Assembly: GCA_021294815.2 (NCBI GenBank)
Contig: CP095464.1
Location: forward strand, 840,001-872,000
DNA from: Verrucomicrobiota bacterium
GTDB lineage: Bacteria > Verrucomicrobiota > Verrucomicrobiia > Opitutales > LL51
DNA: 32,000 nucleotides
Direction of reading: 5' to 3'
Under the pieces are notes generated by a model, which did not search any database, was not told the DNA's origin, and saw only the letters and a program-made list of their open reading frames with translations. Both the position numbers and the translations under genes were made by a program. Below, piece by piece: positions 17,807-26,004 of this stretch. Numbering within the stretch: position 1 is the stretch's first letter; each line of letters starts with the position of its first letter.

Positions 17807-18163
17807 TTAGGATGCGCGCTGGAAGTAGCTGACGGAGTTGTAATCGACGAGCGTGATTTTAACGAGTTGAGAAACGCTCAATTCGACGCTATTGACCTGC
17901 TTTCCAATCCGCTTTTTAAGCTGTGTTTTCGGTACATTGGGAACCGGAACGGTTTTTGAAAGACTGTGGAGCGAGGTTAACGGGGGGATTTTTGTTTCCT
18001 TGGAATTTTTGCGATCGCGGTAGATGGCCGCTTTACGGTGCTGTAGTTTGCGATGAGGAACGACCTGCCAACTGTCACTCGGAATTTTGGGTCTTTTCCT
18101 GACGATAAATTCATCTTCGAATTCATTAGTTTCATCGACAATCTTTTTTCTTCTTCCCATCAT
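17807..18163 (-). CDS. hypothetical very basic small protein (118 aa; 25 K/R versus 11 D/E by my count), translationally coupled to the upstream chaperone-like gene
   Basis: The minus strand reads ...TGG AAA TAT TAA GGAGGAC ATG ATG GGA.... A canonical AAGGAGG SD overlaps the upstream stop and is followed by tandem ATGs at 18163 and 18160. The longer ORF-track version (to 18262) would overlap the upstream gene by 92 nt and lacks this signal. I recognise no family. Confidence 0.55.
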   Translation of the reverse strand: MMGRRKKIVDETNEFEDEFIVRKRPKIPSDSWQVVPHRKLQHRKAAIYRDRKNSKETKIPPLTSLHSLSKTVPVPNVPKTQLKKRIGKQVNSVELSVSQLVKITLVDYNSVSYFQRAS

Positions 18164-18170
18164 GTCCTCC

Positions 18171-18659
18171 TTAATATTTCCATGAACCGTACTCTTTTTC
18201 TTCCGTTTTAGGCTTGGAATCTTCTTCGAGTAGTAGTTCCGCTTCGCTGCAGATGTCGTCAATTCGCTTCATCCAGGCCTCAGCAACATCGACAAAAACC
18301 GCGATGTCGTCTTCGAAATTTTCGACTTCGCGCAACGGTAACTCAAATTTGCGCTGCAATACCAGAGTTTGTGTCTGTTTGTCGAGTGCAAAGGTAGAAC
18401 CGTTTGAAATCCGCCAGAAGAAGTTTGCTTCCAGTAAAATCCCTAAAACTAACTCTTTAGCCGCAAATGGGACGACGCTGATGTACGCATACACGATGAG
18501 TTCATGGCGCTCCTCATCGAGCTCTAGATTGAGTACAATTTTTTCATCTAAGAGGATTAAACATCGGTTATTCGCGTCTAGTTCAAGGGGTAAATCGAGC
18601 ACTTTCCCCAGTTGCCTCAGTAAACCATTGACTTCCGTTTTGTCCTCCGCGTTTCCCAT
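18171..18659 (-). CDS. CesT/SycE (Tir-chaperone) family-like acidic protein, i.e. type III secretion class I chaperone-like
   Basis: Its 162 aa follow the family layout: N-terminal helix VNGLLRQLGKVL, LELDANNRCLILLDEKIVLNLELDEERHELIVYAYI, LLEANFFW..SNGSTFALDKQTQTLVLQRKFEL, C-terminal helix FVDVAEAWMKRI and an acidic tail. The start is taken as ATG 18659. The TTG at 18722 in the ORF track lies inside the terminator hairpin of the upstream gene. Confidence 0.65.
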   Translation of the reverse strand: MGNAEDKTEVNGLLRQLGKVLDLPLELDANNRCLILLDEKIVLNLELDEERHELIVYAYISVVPFAAKELVLGILLEANFFWRISNGSTFALDKQTQTLVLQRKFELPLREVENFEDDIAVFVDVAEAWMKRIDDICSEAELLLEEDSKPKTEEKEYGSWKY

Positions 18660-18706
18660 CTTCCCTGTGCCCTGACGGAGATAAAATTGATTTTTACAAT
18701 TTTCGC

Positions 18707-18738
18707 AATAAAAAAACGCCAAATTAACATTGGCGTTT
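18707..18738 (-). terminator. rho-independent terminator after the lipoprotein gene
   Basis: The minus strand reads AAACGCCAA-TGTTAAT-TTGGCGTTT followed by TTTTATT. That is a 9-bp stem, 7-nt loop and 7 consecutive U including the stem end, starting about 22 nt after the TAA at 18761-18763. Confidence 0.7.
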
Positions 18739-18760
18739 CGTCGTTTAAAATGTGGGGCCT

Positions 18761-20071
18761 TTAGTTTGCGATCACGAGGCTTGGAACAGCCGTATTGGGA
18801 TCTCCAGAGAGAAGGTCAAATAGGTGCTTAAGAAGCATAAATGTGGTCTTTGAATCGAGATCATTATCGGCGATATAGAACCACTTACCGCGATGCCGGA
18901 CACAAACCGCTGAATTTTTGGGTGCTTGGCGTTCTGTCGAACAGAGTACATGGAGCCATTTTCCAGAAAGTTGATGTTCCCAGTCGAAAATACTACCATC
19001 TTTGGCGATTGTTTGGCTAACTAAACCGTTGACGACATCTTCCTCCGGTACTTGGACTGCATGGGAGAGGAAGAATAAAATCTCCATGAGGGAGCGTGTT
19101 CGCACAAGAAGGTCTTTTCCACTTCCGAGATGAGAAAAATTCGAAGTAAGCTTAAACTCAGATTTTTCGGGATTTAGCTCGAGAGATTTCTTTAATTCGA
19201 GGATATCGGATTGCTTGGGGTCATTGGAATTAAACCTCATAATCAGGTCTTTATCCGGTCCCAAAACAAGTTTTATGCCCTTATACAGACGTTTCAACTC
19301 TTTAACATACTGTGCCAAAGGGGTGTCCTGTTGGGATGATAGAGATGGCAAACCAGTAATTTCCTGACTAACCATTTTCCTCACTCCATGGACGAAATAG
19401 TCCCAGATTTGTGAACACTGCCGAAGAAACGCATTACCGGGGACAGGGCCCAGAGTTTCCTCAAGATCCTTACGACCAACACCGAAAATGAGCAGATCTT
19501 CTTTATAGAGATGGTTCAATAATTTAACGCATTGCTCAAAGGACTCGTATTCCGGAGGGCGTTTGGGGGTGGGCCCGGAGGCCTCCGAAGCATTATCGAG
19601 CCGATTAAGTCGCTCGACACAAATGTTAAACACGCGCTTAGGCGACCAACCGGTTTGAATGAGTCCTAGAACGAGTGGGATCGGAATGGGTGTCGCAATC
19701 GCTTTGGTGAATTTTTCCCCTTTTAGTGGAGAGAATGTGATACTGGGATTTTGGAAATTTTCCATGTAGGCGACGCCGAGCGAGACGTCGAAATTGCCGT
19801 GCTTACTAATTTTAGAGCCCTGAGGACCGACACGCGTCGTGAATTTGCGATTTTCAACAATGTTGCTCACCTCGAGGAAACAGGTCGTCTCGCGATATTT
19901 TAAGCGTACGAGATTTAATAATAGCTGCTCGTTATCGGTTTTAACGATACTCTCGTTATAACTCGGTTTGACCTCCTGAATCACCTTAGGACCAACCGAT
20001 TCACAGCCACCAAGTAGCAATAGCGCGCCCACACAGCCACCCAACTTCCCCAATCTACTTACTGATCTCAT
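18761..20071 (-). CDS. predicted lipoprotein of unknown function (436 aa)
   Basis: MRSVSRLGKLGGCVGALLLLGGC-ESV combines a basic n-region, a hydrophobic core and an LLGGC lipobox. I recognise no domain in the rest. The start is taken as ATG 20071, because the TTG at 20107 lies inside a promoter-like element. Confidence 0.7.
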   Translation of the reverse strand: MRSVSRLGKLGGCVGALLLLGGCESVGPKVIQEVKPSYNESIVKTDNEQLLLNLVRLKYRETTCFLEVSNIVENRKFTTRVGPQGSKISKHGNFDVSLGVAYMENFQNPSITFSPLKGEKFTKAIATPIPIPLVLGLIQTGWSPKRVFNICVERLNRLDNASEASGPTPKRPPEYESFEQCVKLLNHLYKEDLLIFGVGRKDLEETLGPVPGNAFLRQCSQIWDYFVHGVRKMVSQEITGLPSLSSQQDTPLAQYVKELKRLYKGIKLVLGPDKDLIMRFNSNDPKQSDILELKKSLELNPEKSEFKLTSNFSHLGSGKDLLVRTRSLMEILFFLSHAVQVPEEDVVNGLVSQTIAKDGSIFDWEHQLSGKWLHVLCSTERQAPKNSAVCVRHRGKWFYIADNDLDSKTTFMLLKHLFDLLSGDPNTAVPSLVIAN

Positions 20072-20089
20072 CTTTACAGAACCCCGGCG

Positions 20090-20118
20090 ATTCTGAAGAA
20101 GTATCAATTTGTTGTCAA
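20090..20118 (-). promoter_or_regulatory. candidate sigma70-type promoter for the lipoprotein gene
   Basis: The minus strand shows TTGACA (20118-20113), a 17-nt spacer and CAGAAT (20095-20090), 18 nt upstream of ATG 20071. The -35 is perfect and the -10 matches 4 of 6. It rests on pattern only. Confidence 0.3.
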
Positions 20119-20143
20119 CGCCAATTGGGCATTGAAAGCGCTC

Positions 20144-21811
20144 TTAAAAAGAGAATGGCGCGTTGTGTTTTCGAAGCGCTTGAGAAAAGTAGAGAGAGGC
20201 GATCATACGATACTGTGCGTCAACTGACGGAGCACCTTTGACACCAAGTTCTTGGAGGATGATTTCCAAAAGACACTCACTATAACTTTCACCGTCGACT
20301 TCTTCGAGTTCTGTTAATTTTGCAGCAACTGCCTTAGCATCGGCAGGCGGTGGTGTCAATTTTTGCGCTAGAAAGAGCACCTCATAAGCACCATCGTCAG
20401 TCTTGAGTATAGATGAGACTTCGCCATTATGGAGCGACTGTAGCGCCTCTTGTTCTTCCGGTGAGAGCTTTAACTCAGAACGCTTTTTTTGTTCAAAAAC
20501 TTCGATTGTTCCATCGTTTTCCTTAATGTCGTTTCGGAATTTTTCCAACGAAAGATCGTTAGCAACCCATGACTGGTGCAGCGATTCAATTTTTTCAGAT
20601 AATTGTGCCTTTGCCTCTGAGTAGCGATAATCGTCAATGACACGATCACGGACACTTTCGAGCGGCGAATACAATGACGGAATGATGTCACGGGAAAAGA
20701 GGACGCATACTTGTTGTTGGTTATCCAATACTGGATCGGAGTAATAACGATCGTCAGCATTGAGCTGAGAACACTGTGATAAGACCGCTGCGGAAAATTG
20801 TTTATGGTTGCCGAGTTGATCTAACGCAACGGGCTCGAGATTGTGTATTTTCAATCCATTTTGTTCAAGCAATTGCGTAAATTCGAGTGAGTGAGGCGCG
20901 ATATTTTTCTCGTAAAGCTCATAGACGAATTGATCGGCCGCATGCATGGCCCGCTGACGCGTTTCTTGGTTTTGGTAAGACCTGACGATTGCCTGCTTGA
21001 GCTCCTCAGATCCCTCTTCCATGCCCGTAAATTCTGAAGCGTGTTCCTGATAAAATGCCTTTAACGTTTCTTTTGAAGGTGTTGGCAAATCGGCTAGGAA
21101 CTGCTCGTTAGAAAACACAACATAATCCAAAACAATCTGTTCGCTGAGTTTGTAATCTTCACGGTGTTGTTCGAAGTATTCCTTGAGTTTCGCTTCGTCG
21201 ACAGCAATGGTTTCTAAATTTTCGGGAATCTGAAAACATGCGACAGCACCGTCGTAGCGTTGGTCTTCGATCGATAATAGATACCGCGCCTCTGCCGGTA
21301 GTGCAACACCACGACCCAGGAGGAGATTTTCGACGGCAGCACATCGGTAATCGTTGCGAACAGTTTGTTCTAAAATTCCTTGTTGAAATGCATCGTGACT
21401 AAACTCTTCGATGCAGTCGTTGTACCGGTTGACGTCAAATTTCCCCTGAGCGTCTTGAAATGCGGGGTAATGCTCAACAAATTGCTCAATCTGGGTTTTG
21501 TTGGGCTCCGGGATGCCGAGTTGATCCGCGAGTTTTAGCTCAACCAACCGTGTAAATAGCGCAAATTCGCGCATCTGAGGAAGCCAAAGAAAAATCTGTC
21601 GCAGCTGTGTACTTAACTCTGTTTCACGTTGCCACTGCGCAAGCGTTTGCCGAGATCCGAGGTCAATGCCGCAAAATTTTTGGTGCCATTGTCGCCCACG
21701 ACCGATACCGGGCGACGAACCAACCGTAAAAACGAAACTAACGACGACGGCGACGAGAAGAAGGCCAAATAGCCATCGTTTTTGTAGAATCCTTCCAAGG
21801 GATGAAATCAT
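20144..21811 (-). CDS. PpiD/SurA-N-like membrane-anchored periplasmic chaperone (no convincing catalytic parvulin signature seen)
   Basis: N-terminal anchor (RWLFGLLLVAVVVSFVFTV) is followed by a long helical, acidic periplasmic region of PpiD-like length (555 aa). The call rests on architecture. Confidence 0.5.
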   Translation of the reverse strand: MISSLGRILQKRWLFGLLLVAVVVSFVFTVGSSPGIGRGRQWHQKFCGIDLGSRQTLAQWQRETELSTQLRQIFLWLPQMREFALFTRLVELKLADQLGIPEPNKTQIEQFVEHYPAFQDAQGKFDVNRYNDCIEEFSHDAFQQGILEQTVRNDYRCAAVENLLLGRGVALPAEARYLLSIEDQRYDGAVACFQIPENLETIAVDEAKLKEYFEQHREDYKLSEQIVLDYVVFSNEQFLADLPTPSKETLKAFYQEHASEFTGMEEGSEELKQAIVRSYQNQETRQRAMHAADQFVYELYEKNIAPHSLEFTQLLEQNGLKIHNLEPVALDQLGNHKQFSAAVLSQCSQLNADDRYYSDPVLDNQQQVCVLFSRDIIPSLYSPLESVRDRVIDDYRYSEAKAQLSEKIESLHQSWVANDLSLEKFRNDIKENDGTIEVFEQKKRSELKLSPEEQEALQSLHNGEVSSILKTDDGAYEVLFLAQKLTPPPADAKAVAAKLTELEEVDGESYSECLLEIILQELGVKGAPSVDAQYRMIASLYFSQALRKHNAPFSF

Positions 21812-21855
21812 AACTTCAGGCGCTCGACGATAAAATCTCTAGAAATTTTTCAAGC

Positions 21856-22329
21856 TTAACTCTTTTGTGTTTCGGGTGTCGGAGCGTTGCCCTTAAAGTA
21901 GTGAAAAATTTCAAATTGATCGCTGAGGATGTCAGAGGCCGGGCTCATAGCGTATTCATCGAGATCCTTCCAAACCTCAATGGCGAGCTTATAAAGGCCC
22001 TCGTGGTCTGCATTCCCCGGACAAATCTCGGCTTTTAGGGGATCGATTTTTTTAATAAAATTGGGATCGACGCGAAGGTGCCAAACCTCGGTGCCACTGG
22101 CAGTTTTGAGTGGAATTGCAATGTTTTGAGCGACGCGTTCATCGACGCCCTCAAGTTTGAGGTGGTTCATGAGGGTTGTTGTCATGATGACGCGATCTTC
22201 GTTGCAAACGCCGAGTTGACGTGCTTTAAGCCCGAGAAGAAACGCATTCGAAACCTCTGCGGCTGTGACCGCAAAAACCGCTAGTGCAATCATGGTCTCG
22301 ATAATCACTGACCCTTGCCGCTTCCTCAT
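21856..22329 (-). CDS. prepilin-like small protein with atypical cleavage motif
   Basis: MRKRQG-SVIIETMIALAVFAVTAAEV has a basic leader, a Gly, a Glu at +5 and a hydrophobic helix, but Ser instead of Phe/Met at +1. Confidence 0.5.
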   Translation of the reverse strand: MRKRQGSVIIETMIALAVFAVTAAEVSNAFLLGLKARQLGVCNEDRVIMTTTLMNHLKLEGVDERVAQNIAIPLKTASGTEVWHLRVDPNFIKKIDPLKAEICPGNADHEGLYKLAIEVWKDLDEYAMSPASDILSDQFEIFHYFKGNAPTPETQKS

Positions 22330-22369
22330 GCGCTAACGCTAGCAAATTCCCTGAAAAACGCAAGTGTGA

Positions 22370-23818
22370 TCAGCGATCGTAACGTTGTTGGTAGGTACGT
22401 AATTCCGAGGCGAGCGCAATGAGTTGATCAAACTGCTCTGGTGTCATACGCCATTGCCAATTGTGGCCAATCGTTCCCGGGGTGTTTAATCGTGCTTCGG
22501 AGCCGAGTTTTAAGAGGTCCTGTACGGAAAGCATCGCCAAAAAGCAGGGCGCGCGGTAGGCCTCAGTGATCCACTTCCACGTCAGTTGCGTATCGTTGAT
22601 TCCAAAGTACTGTCGGACTTGATCATGAGTTGCCTCGTCGCAGTGTTGATACCAACCCAAGAGCGTATCGTTATCATGTGTGCCAAGATAGAGAACATTA
22701 TGGCGCTCTAAGTTATGAGGTAAGTAATGATTTTTCGGATCGCCAGAAAAGGCGAATTGTAGGACGCTCATCCCTGGAAGTCGGAGTTTTATTTTGAGCT
22801 GTTCTGCGCTTGTATCGACATCGCCCAAATCCTCAGCAATCATCGGTTGGTTTAAAAATGGCTTTAAGACCTCCGCGCCATGAGCTTTGGCCCAAGTCCC
22901 TCGAGTCGCATCAGACGCGTTCGCGGGAATTTTCCAAAAGCGATCTAATCCCCGAAAGTGATCTAAGCGTACGACATCAAAAAGCTCGAAGTTACGCTCT
23001 AGCCGCTGATGCCACCATCGATAGCGATCGCTTTTTAAAAATGCCCAGTCGTACACAGGATTGCCCCAGAGTTGCCCCGTGGGTGAAAAATAGTCCGGCG
23101 GGACTCCAGCGACATACCGAGGGCGCCGCTGGCGATCGAGCAGAAAATTTTGGGGATTAGCCCAGACATCCGCACTGTCATATCCAGGAAACATCGGAAG
23201 ATCACCGATAATTCGAACCTGATGATCATTGGCGTATTTTTTGAGGCGAAACCACTGCTCATGTGCAACGTATTGCAATGCCAAATAGCCATTGCAAACG
23301 GGCGTTAAGAATTCGGGTAGAGCGCAATTTTTATCCCAAAAGATTGGGTCCCATTGATGCCATTCCTGTCCCTTAAAATAATGCTTCAGCGCGGCAAATT
23401 TAGCGTAATTTTCGAGCCAATGGTGATGATGTTTGAGGAATTTTGGAAATGTTTCCTTTTTACGAATTTGCTCATAGAGTGTGGTGCCTAAGAAGGAAAT
23501 TTGATCTTGGAGCCACTGATACCAGCCACAAAAGTTGACGGCAGCTGCATTGGAAGATACTGGTGGGGCGATCCCGATGGCTTCGTAATCGATGAAATAG
23601 GGGTTAAGGGCGAAAGAGGCGATCGGTTGATAGGGTGAATCGCCGTAGCCGGTGGGTCCCAGAGGGCAGACTTGCCAGTAGCGCATACCCGCAGAAGAGA
23701 GGAAGTCGACAAATTGATACGCGGTTTCTCCGAAATTCCCAATGCCGGTTTCACCCGGTAAACTCGAAATGTGCAAAATGACGCCAACCGCGCGCTCTTC
23801 ACTCCATTGTCGCTCCAC
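22370..23818 (-). CDS. malQ: 4-alpha-glucanotransferase (amylomaltase, GH77)
   Basis: GVILHISSLPG..GIG.FG, YWQVCPLGPTGYGDSPYQ, VRIIGDLP, WGNPVYDW, VRLDHFRG and GTHDNDT are present. GTG start. Confidence 0.9.
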   Translation of the reverse strand: MERQWSEERAVGVILHISSLPGETGIGNFGETAYQFVDFLSSAGMRYWQVCPLGPTGYGDSPYQPIASFALNPYFIDYEAIGIAPPVSSNAAAVNFCGWYQWLQDQISFLGTTLYEQIRKKETFPKFLKHHHHWLENYAKFAALKHYFKGQEWHQWDPIFWDKNCALPEFLTPVCNGYLALQYVAHEQWFRLKKYANDHQVRIIGDLPMFPGYDSADVWANPQNFLLDRQRRPRYVAGVPPDYFSPTGQLWGNPVYDWAFLKSDRYRWWHQRLERNFELFDVVRLDHFRGLDRFWKIPANASDATRGTWAKAHGAEVLKPFLNQPMIAEDLGDVDTSAEQLKIKLRLPGMSVLQFAFSGDPKNHYLPHNLERHNVLYLGTHDNDTLLGWYQHCDEATHDQVRQYFGINDTQLTWKWITEAYRAPCFLAMLSVQDLLKLGSEARLNTPGTIGHNWQWRMTPEQFDQLIALASELRTYQQRYDR

Positions 23819-23832
23819 GGCGATATTTTAAA

Positions 23833-26004
23833 TTAGAAAAAATCCGAAGCAAATAAAATCTCCCGCCGGAGGTAGACGCCATACGTTTCAAAAACTTTTT
23901 GGCGACAAGTTTTGAGCAAGTATTTGACGTCATCTGGTGTCGCATTTCCGGTATTGACGATGAAGTTGGCGTGCCGTTCGGAGACTTTTGCATCTCCGTG
24001 GGCGAGACTCTTAAGTCCGCATTGATCGACCAGGGAACCTGCGGAACTCTGTGGTGGATTTTTAAAAATACACCCGATATTGGGTTCTCTAGGTTGTGAT
24101 TGCTCCCTCCGTGTGCGCGAGCATTTCATCGTGGCGATAATTTCTTCTGGAGATTGCCGCTGACTTTGAGAAAAGTCGAATTGGGCACTTAAAATAATAC
24201 CGTCTCTAAAACCTTGGCGATAAGAATGTTTGATCATAGACTTCGTGTGCCGTTCCAATGTGTTTCCATTAAAAGGCAGTACTTCGAGCTCCGTGAGTCG
24301 GTTGAAAATCTCTTGCCCATACGCCCCAGCGTTCATACGCAGGGCGCCCCCAAGTGTTCCGGGAATGCCTGCCAGTGATGCATAGCCAGCGATTCCAACT
24401 TTTGCCAAACAACGGCAAAAATAGGGGAGGGGGAGATTCGCAGAGGCAATAACGCGATTCTCTAGAATCTGGATTTCGCGGGGGAGTTGTCGCAGCGAGA
24501 CAAACACGCCCTCATCGTAGTCCAAAAGCACATTGGTTCCGTTGCCCAAAAGCATCCATTTCACTTGATATCGCTTTAGCGCCACATTCAAGCGCATAAG
24601 TTGCGTTTTGTCGTTGGGAAAAATCAGGAGACGCAGCTGTCCGGCGATATGGATACTCGAAAAAAATCGGGATGAAACGTTGGTTTGATAGGGAATATTT
24701 TCCTGAGCAAGCCACTGAATCAGTGATTCAATCCGTTGCTCTCGGAACCAGCGTTCTGCCTGAGCATGAATACTCCCCGCACCAATAAGTACCACCGCTT
24801 GGTTTTTTTTATTCGGCTTCCGAAGTTTGCGAACGTGTGGGATGAGCCGAACATTGTGTTGCTGCGGAAGTTTTTTGAAAATTGTTTCAGATTTCCCCGA
24901 TGAAATCAATTGTTCTCCGGCGGCATAGACCGGCAGCAGATCGACCTGTCGCGTTCCCAAAATATCAGCAAACTCTTGGGCATATTGTGCCGTACGAGTA
25001 TAGCGATGGGGTTCGAATACGAATGCGACATCTTTATAGCGCGACTCCATCGATCGCATGCAGTGTAAAACCTCCGTCGGATGATGAGCGTAATCACTCC
25101 AATAATCAACCTCATCAAGTGTTCCCAAAAACTGATTACGCCGAGCGATCTTGTTAGACTGCCTGTGAGAAAAGTCGATTGCAATTTTCGGATCCTTTGC
25201 GTGCAACCAATATAGCACAGCATAGGCCAGCCGCTGATTTTCCGTTAGAGAATCATTTTGAGGCCATGTAATTTCAGAAAGAGAATCGAAAATTTCCGAG
25301 TTTGAGCTCCCGAAAAAAACATGGTCAATGATTTTCCCATGAAGCCCGGCCCGATCGGCGATAGCGTACAAACGCGAATCGTTTTCGGGAAAAATGACGA
25401 CGCCACGTGTATTCTGAAAAAGTGTTTGAAATGTGGCATCGAGCTGTGCGGAGTTTCCATAATTCACGAGATGATCATCCTCAAGGTTGAGCGCTACCGT
25501 TATGTCGGGATGATAATCTTCGACGGTCCGATCGCTTTCATCAACTTCACAAATGAGGTATGGATCATCGGGACGATACTGTGCGGGACTTTTTCTAAAA
25601 GAATCCTGAAAGTAACCACCGAGAATATAGCCGCATTCTGGAAGATGATCGATCAGTAAACCTGTTGTCGTTGTTTTCCCGTGGGAGCCTGTAACCGCGA
25701 TCATCTTTTTGTCTCTGCAGAACTGCGCTAGTAACTGGCCACGCTTGATTTGTTGAATTCCTTGTCGAGTGGCCATCTGCCGCCATGGATGAGCTTCAGC
25801 AATGGCACTCGAGTAGACAACAAGGTCAATGCTCTTTGGAAACTGCGTACAAATTATAATTTCCTCACGTTCGAAAATGGGCCCCCATAGCGACGTATCG
25901 CCATCGTCAAAGCCATAAATTGTGTGCCCCTGTTGTCGTAAGTAGAGCGCCAACGGTGCCATTCCCATACCACCAATACCCAGAAATAAAAATTGCTTGC
26001 GCAT
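23833..26004 (-). CDS. murC/murB: fusion protein: UDP-N-acetylmuramate--L-alanine ligase (MurC, N-terminal) plus UDP-N-acetylenolpyruvoylglucosamine reductase (MurB, C-terminal)
   Basis: MurC part: FLGIGGMGMAPLALYL, VTGSHGKTTTTGLL, DYAHHP.E. MurB part, from roughly aa 445 (around nt 24700): LLGNGTNVLL, GIPGTLGGALRMNAGAYGQE, YRQ, QPREPN.GCIFKNP...AG.L....GLK....GDAKVSE.HANFIVN.GNAT. It is one uninterrupted frame. The start is ATG 26004 (MRKQFLFLGIGG), with an alternative TTG at 26028. Confidence 0.88.
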   Translation of the reverse strand: MRKQFLFLGIGGMGMAPLALYLRQQGHTIYGFDDGDTSLWGPIFEREEIIICTQFPKSIDLVVYSSAIAEAHPWRQMATRQGIQQIKRGQLLAQFCRDKKMIAVTGSHGKTTTTGLLIDHLPECGYILGGYFQDSFRKSPAQYRPDDPYLICEVDESDRTVEDYHPDITVALNLEDDHLVNYGNSAQLDATFQTLFQNTRGVVIFPENDSRLYAIADRAGLHGKIIDHVFFGSSNSEIFDSLSEITWPQNDSLTENQRLAYAVLYWLHAKDPKIAIDFSHRQSNKIARRNQFLGTLDEVDYWSDYAHHPTEVLHCMRSMESRYKDVAFVFEPHRYTRTAQYAQEFADILGTRQVDLLPVYAAGEQLISSGKSETIFKKLPQQHNVRLIPHVRKLRKPNKKNQAVVLIGAGSIHAQAERWFREQRIESLIQWLAQENIPYQTNVSSRFFSSIHIAGQLRLLIFPNDKTQLMRLNVALKRYQVKWMLLGNGTNVLLDYDEGVFVSLRQLPREIQILENRVIASANLPLPYFCRCLAKVGIAGYASLAGIPGTLGGALRMNAGAYGQEIFNRLTELEVLPFNGNTLERHTKSMIKHSYRQGFRDGIILSAQFDFSQSQRQSPEEIIATMKCSRTRREQSQPREPNIGCIFKNPPQSSAGSLVDQCGLKSLAHGDAKVSERHANFIVNTGNATPDDVKYLLKTCRQKVFETYGVYLRREILFASDFF

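Noticed and set aside
18164-18262. Longer 151-aa version of the basic small protein, overlapping the chaperone-like gene by 92 nt
   Set aside because: The AAGGAGG SD plus tandem ATG at 18163/18160, immediately after the upstream stop codon, gives a much better supported start.
18214-18675. 153-aa Ser-rich plus-strand ORF antisense to the chaperone-like gene
   Set aside because: It has a low-complexity composition typical of an antisense frame, and the opposite strand shows a coherent family-like pattern with coupling signals.
18660-18722. N-terminal extension MAFFYCENCKNQFYLRQGTGK of the chaperone-like ORF, which looks like a CxxC motif
   Set aside because: Its TTG start and first codons are the descending stem and U-tract of the upstream gene's terminator hairpin. 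The family-typical N-terminal helix begins just after the internal ATG at 18659.
20123-20130. 8-bp palindrome CCAATTGG just upstream of the lipoprotein promoter, as a possible regulator site
   Set aside because: It is a single short palindrome with no second half-site or repeat. It is mentioned only as context for the promoter call.
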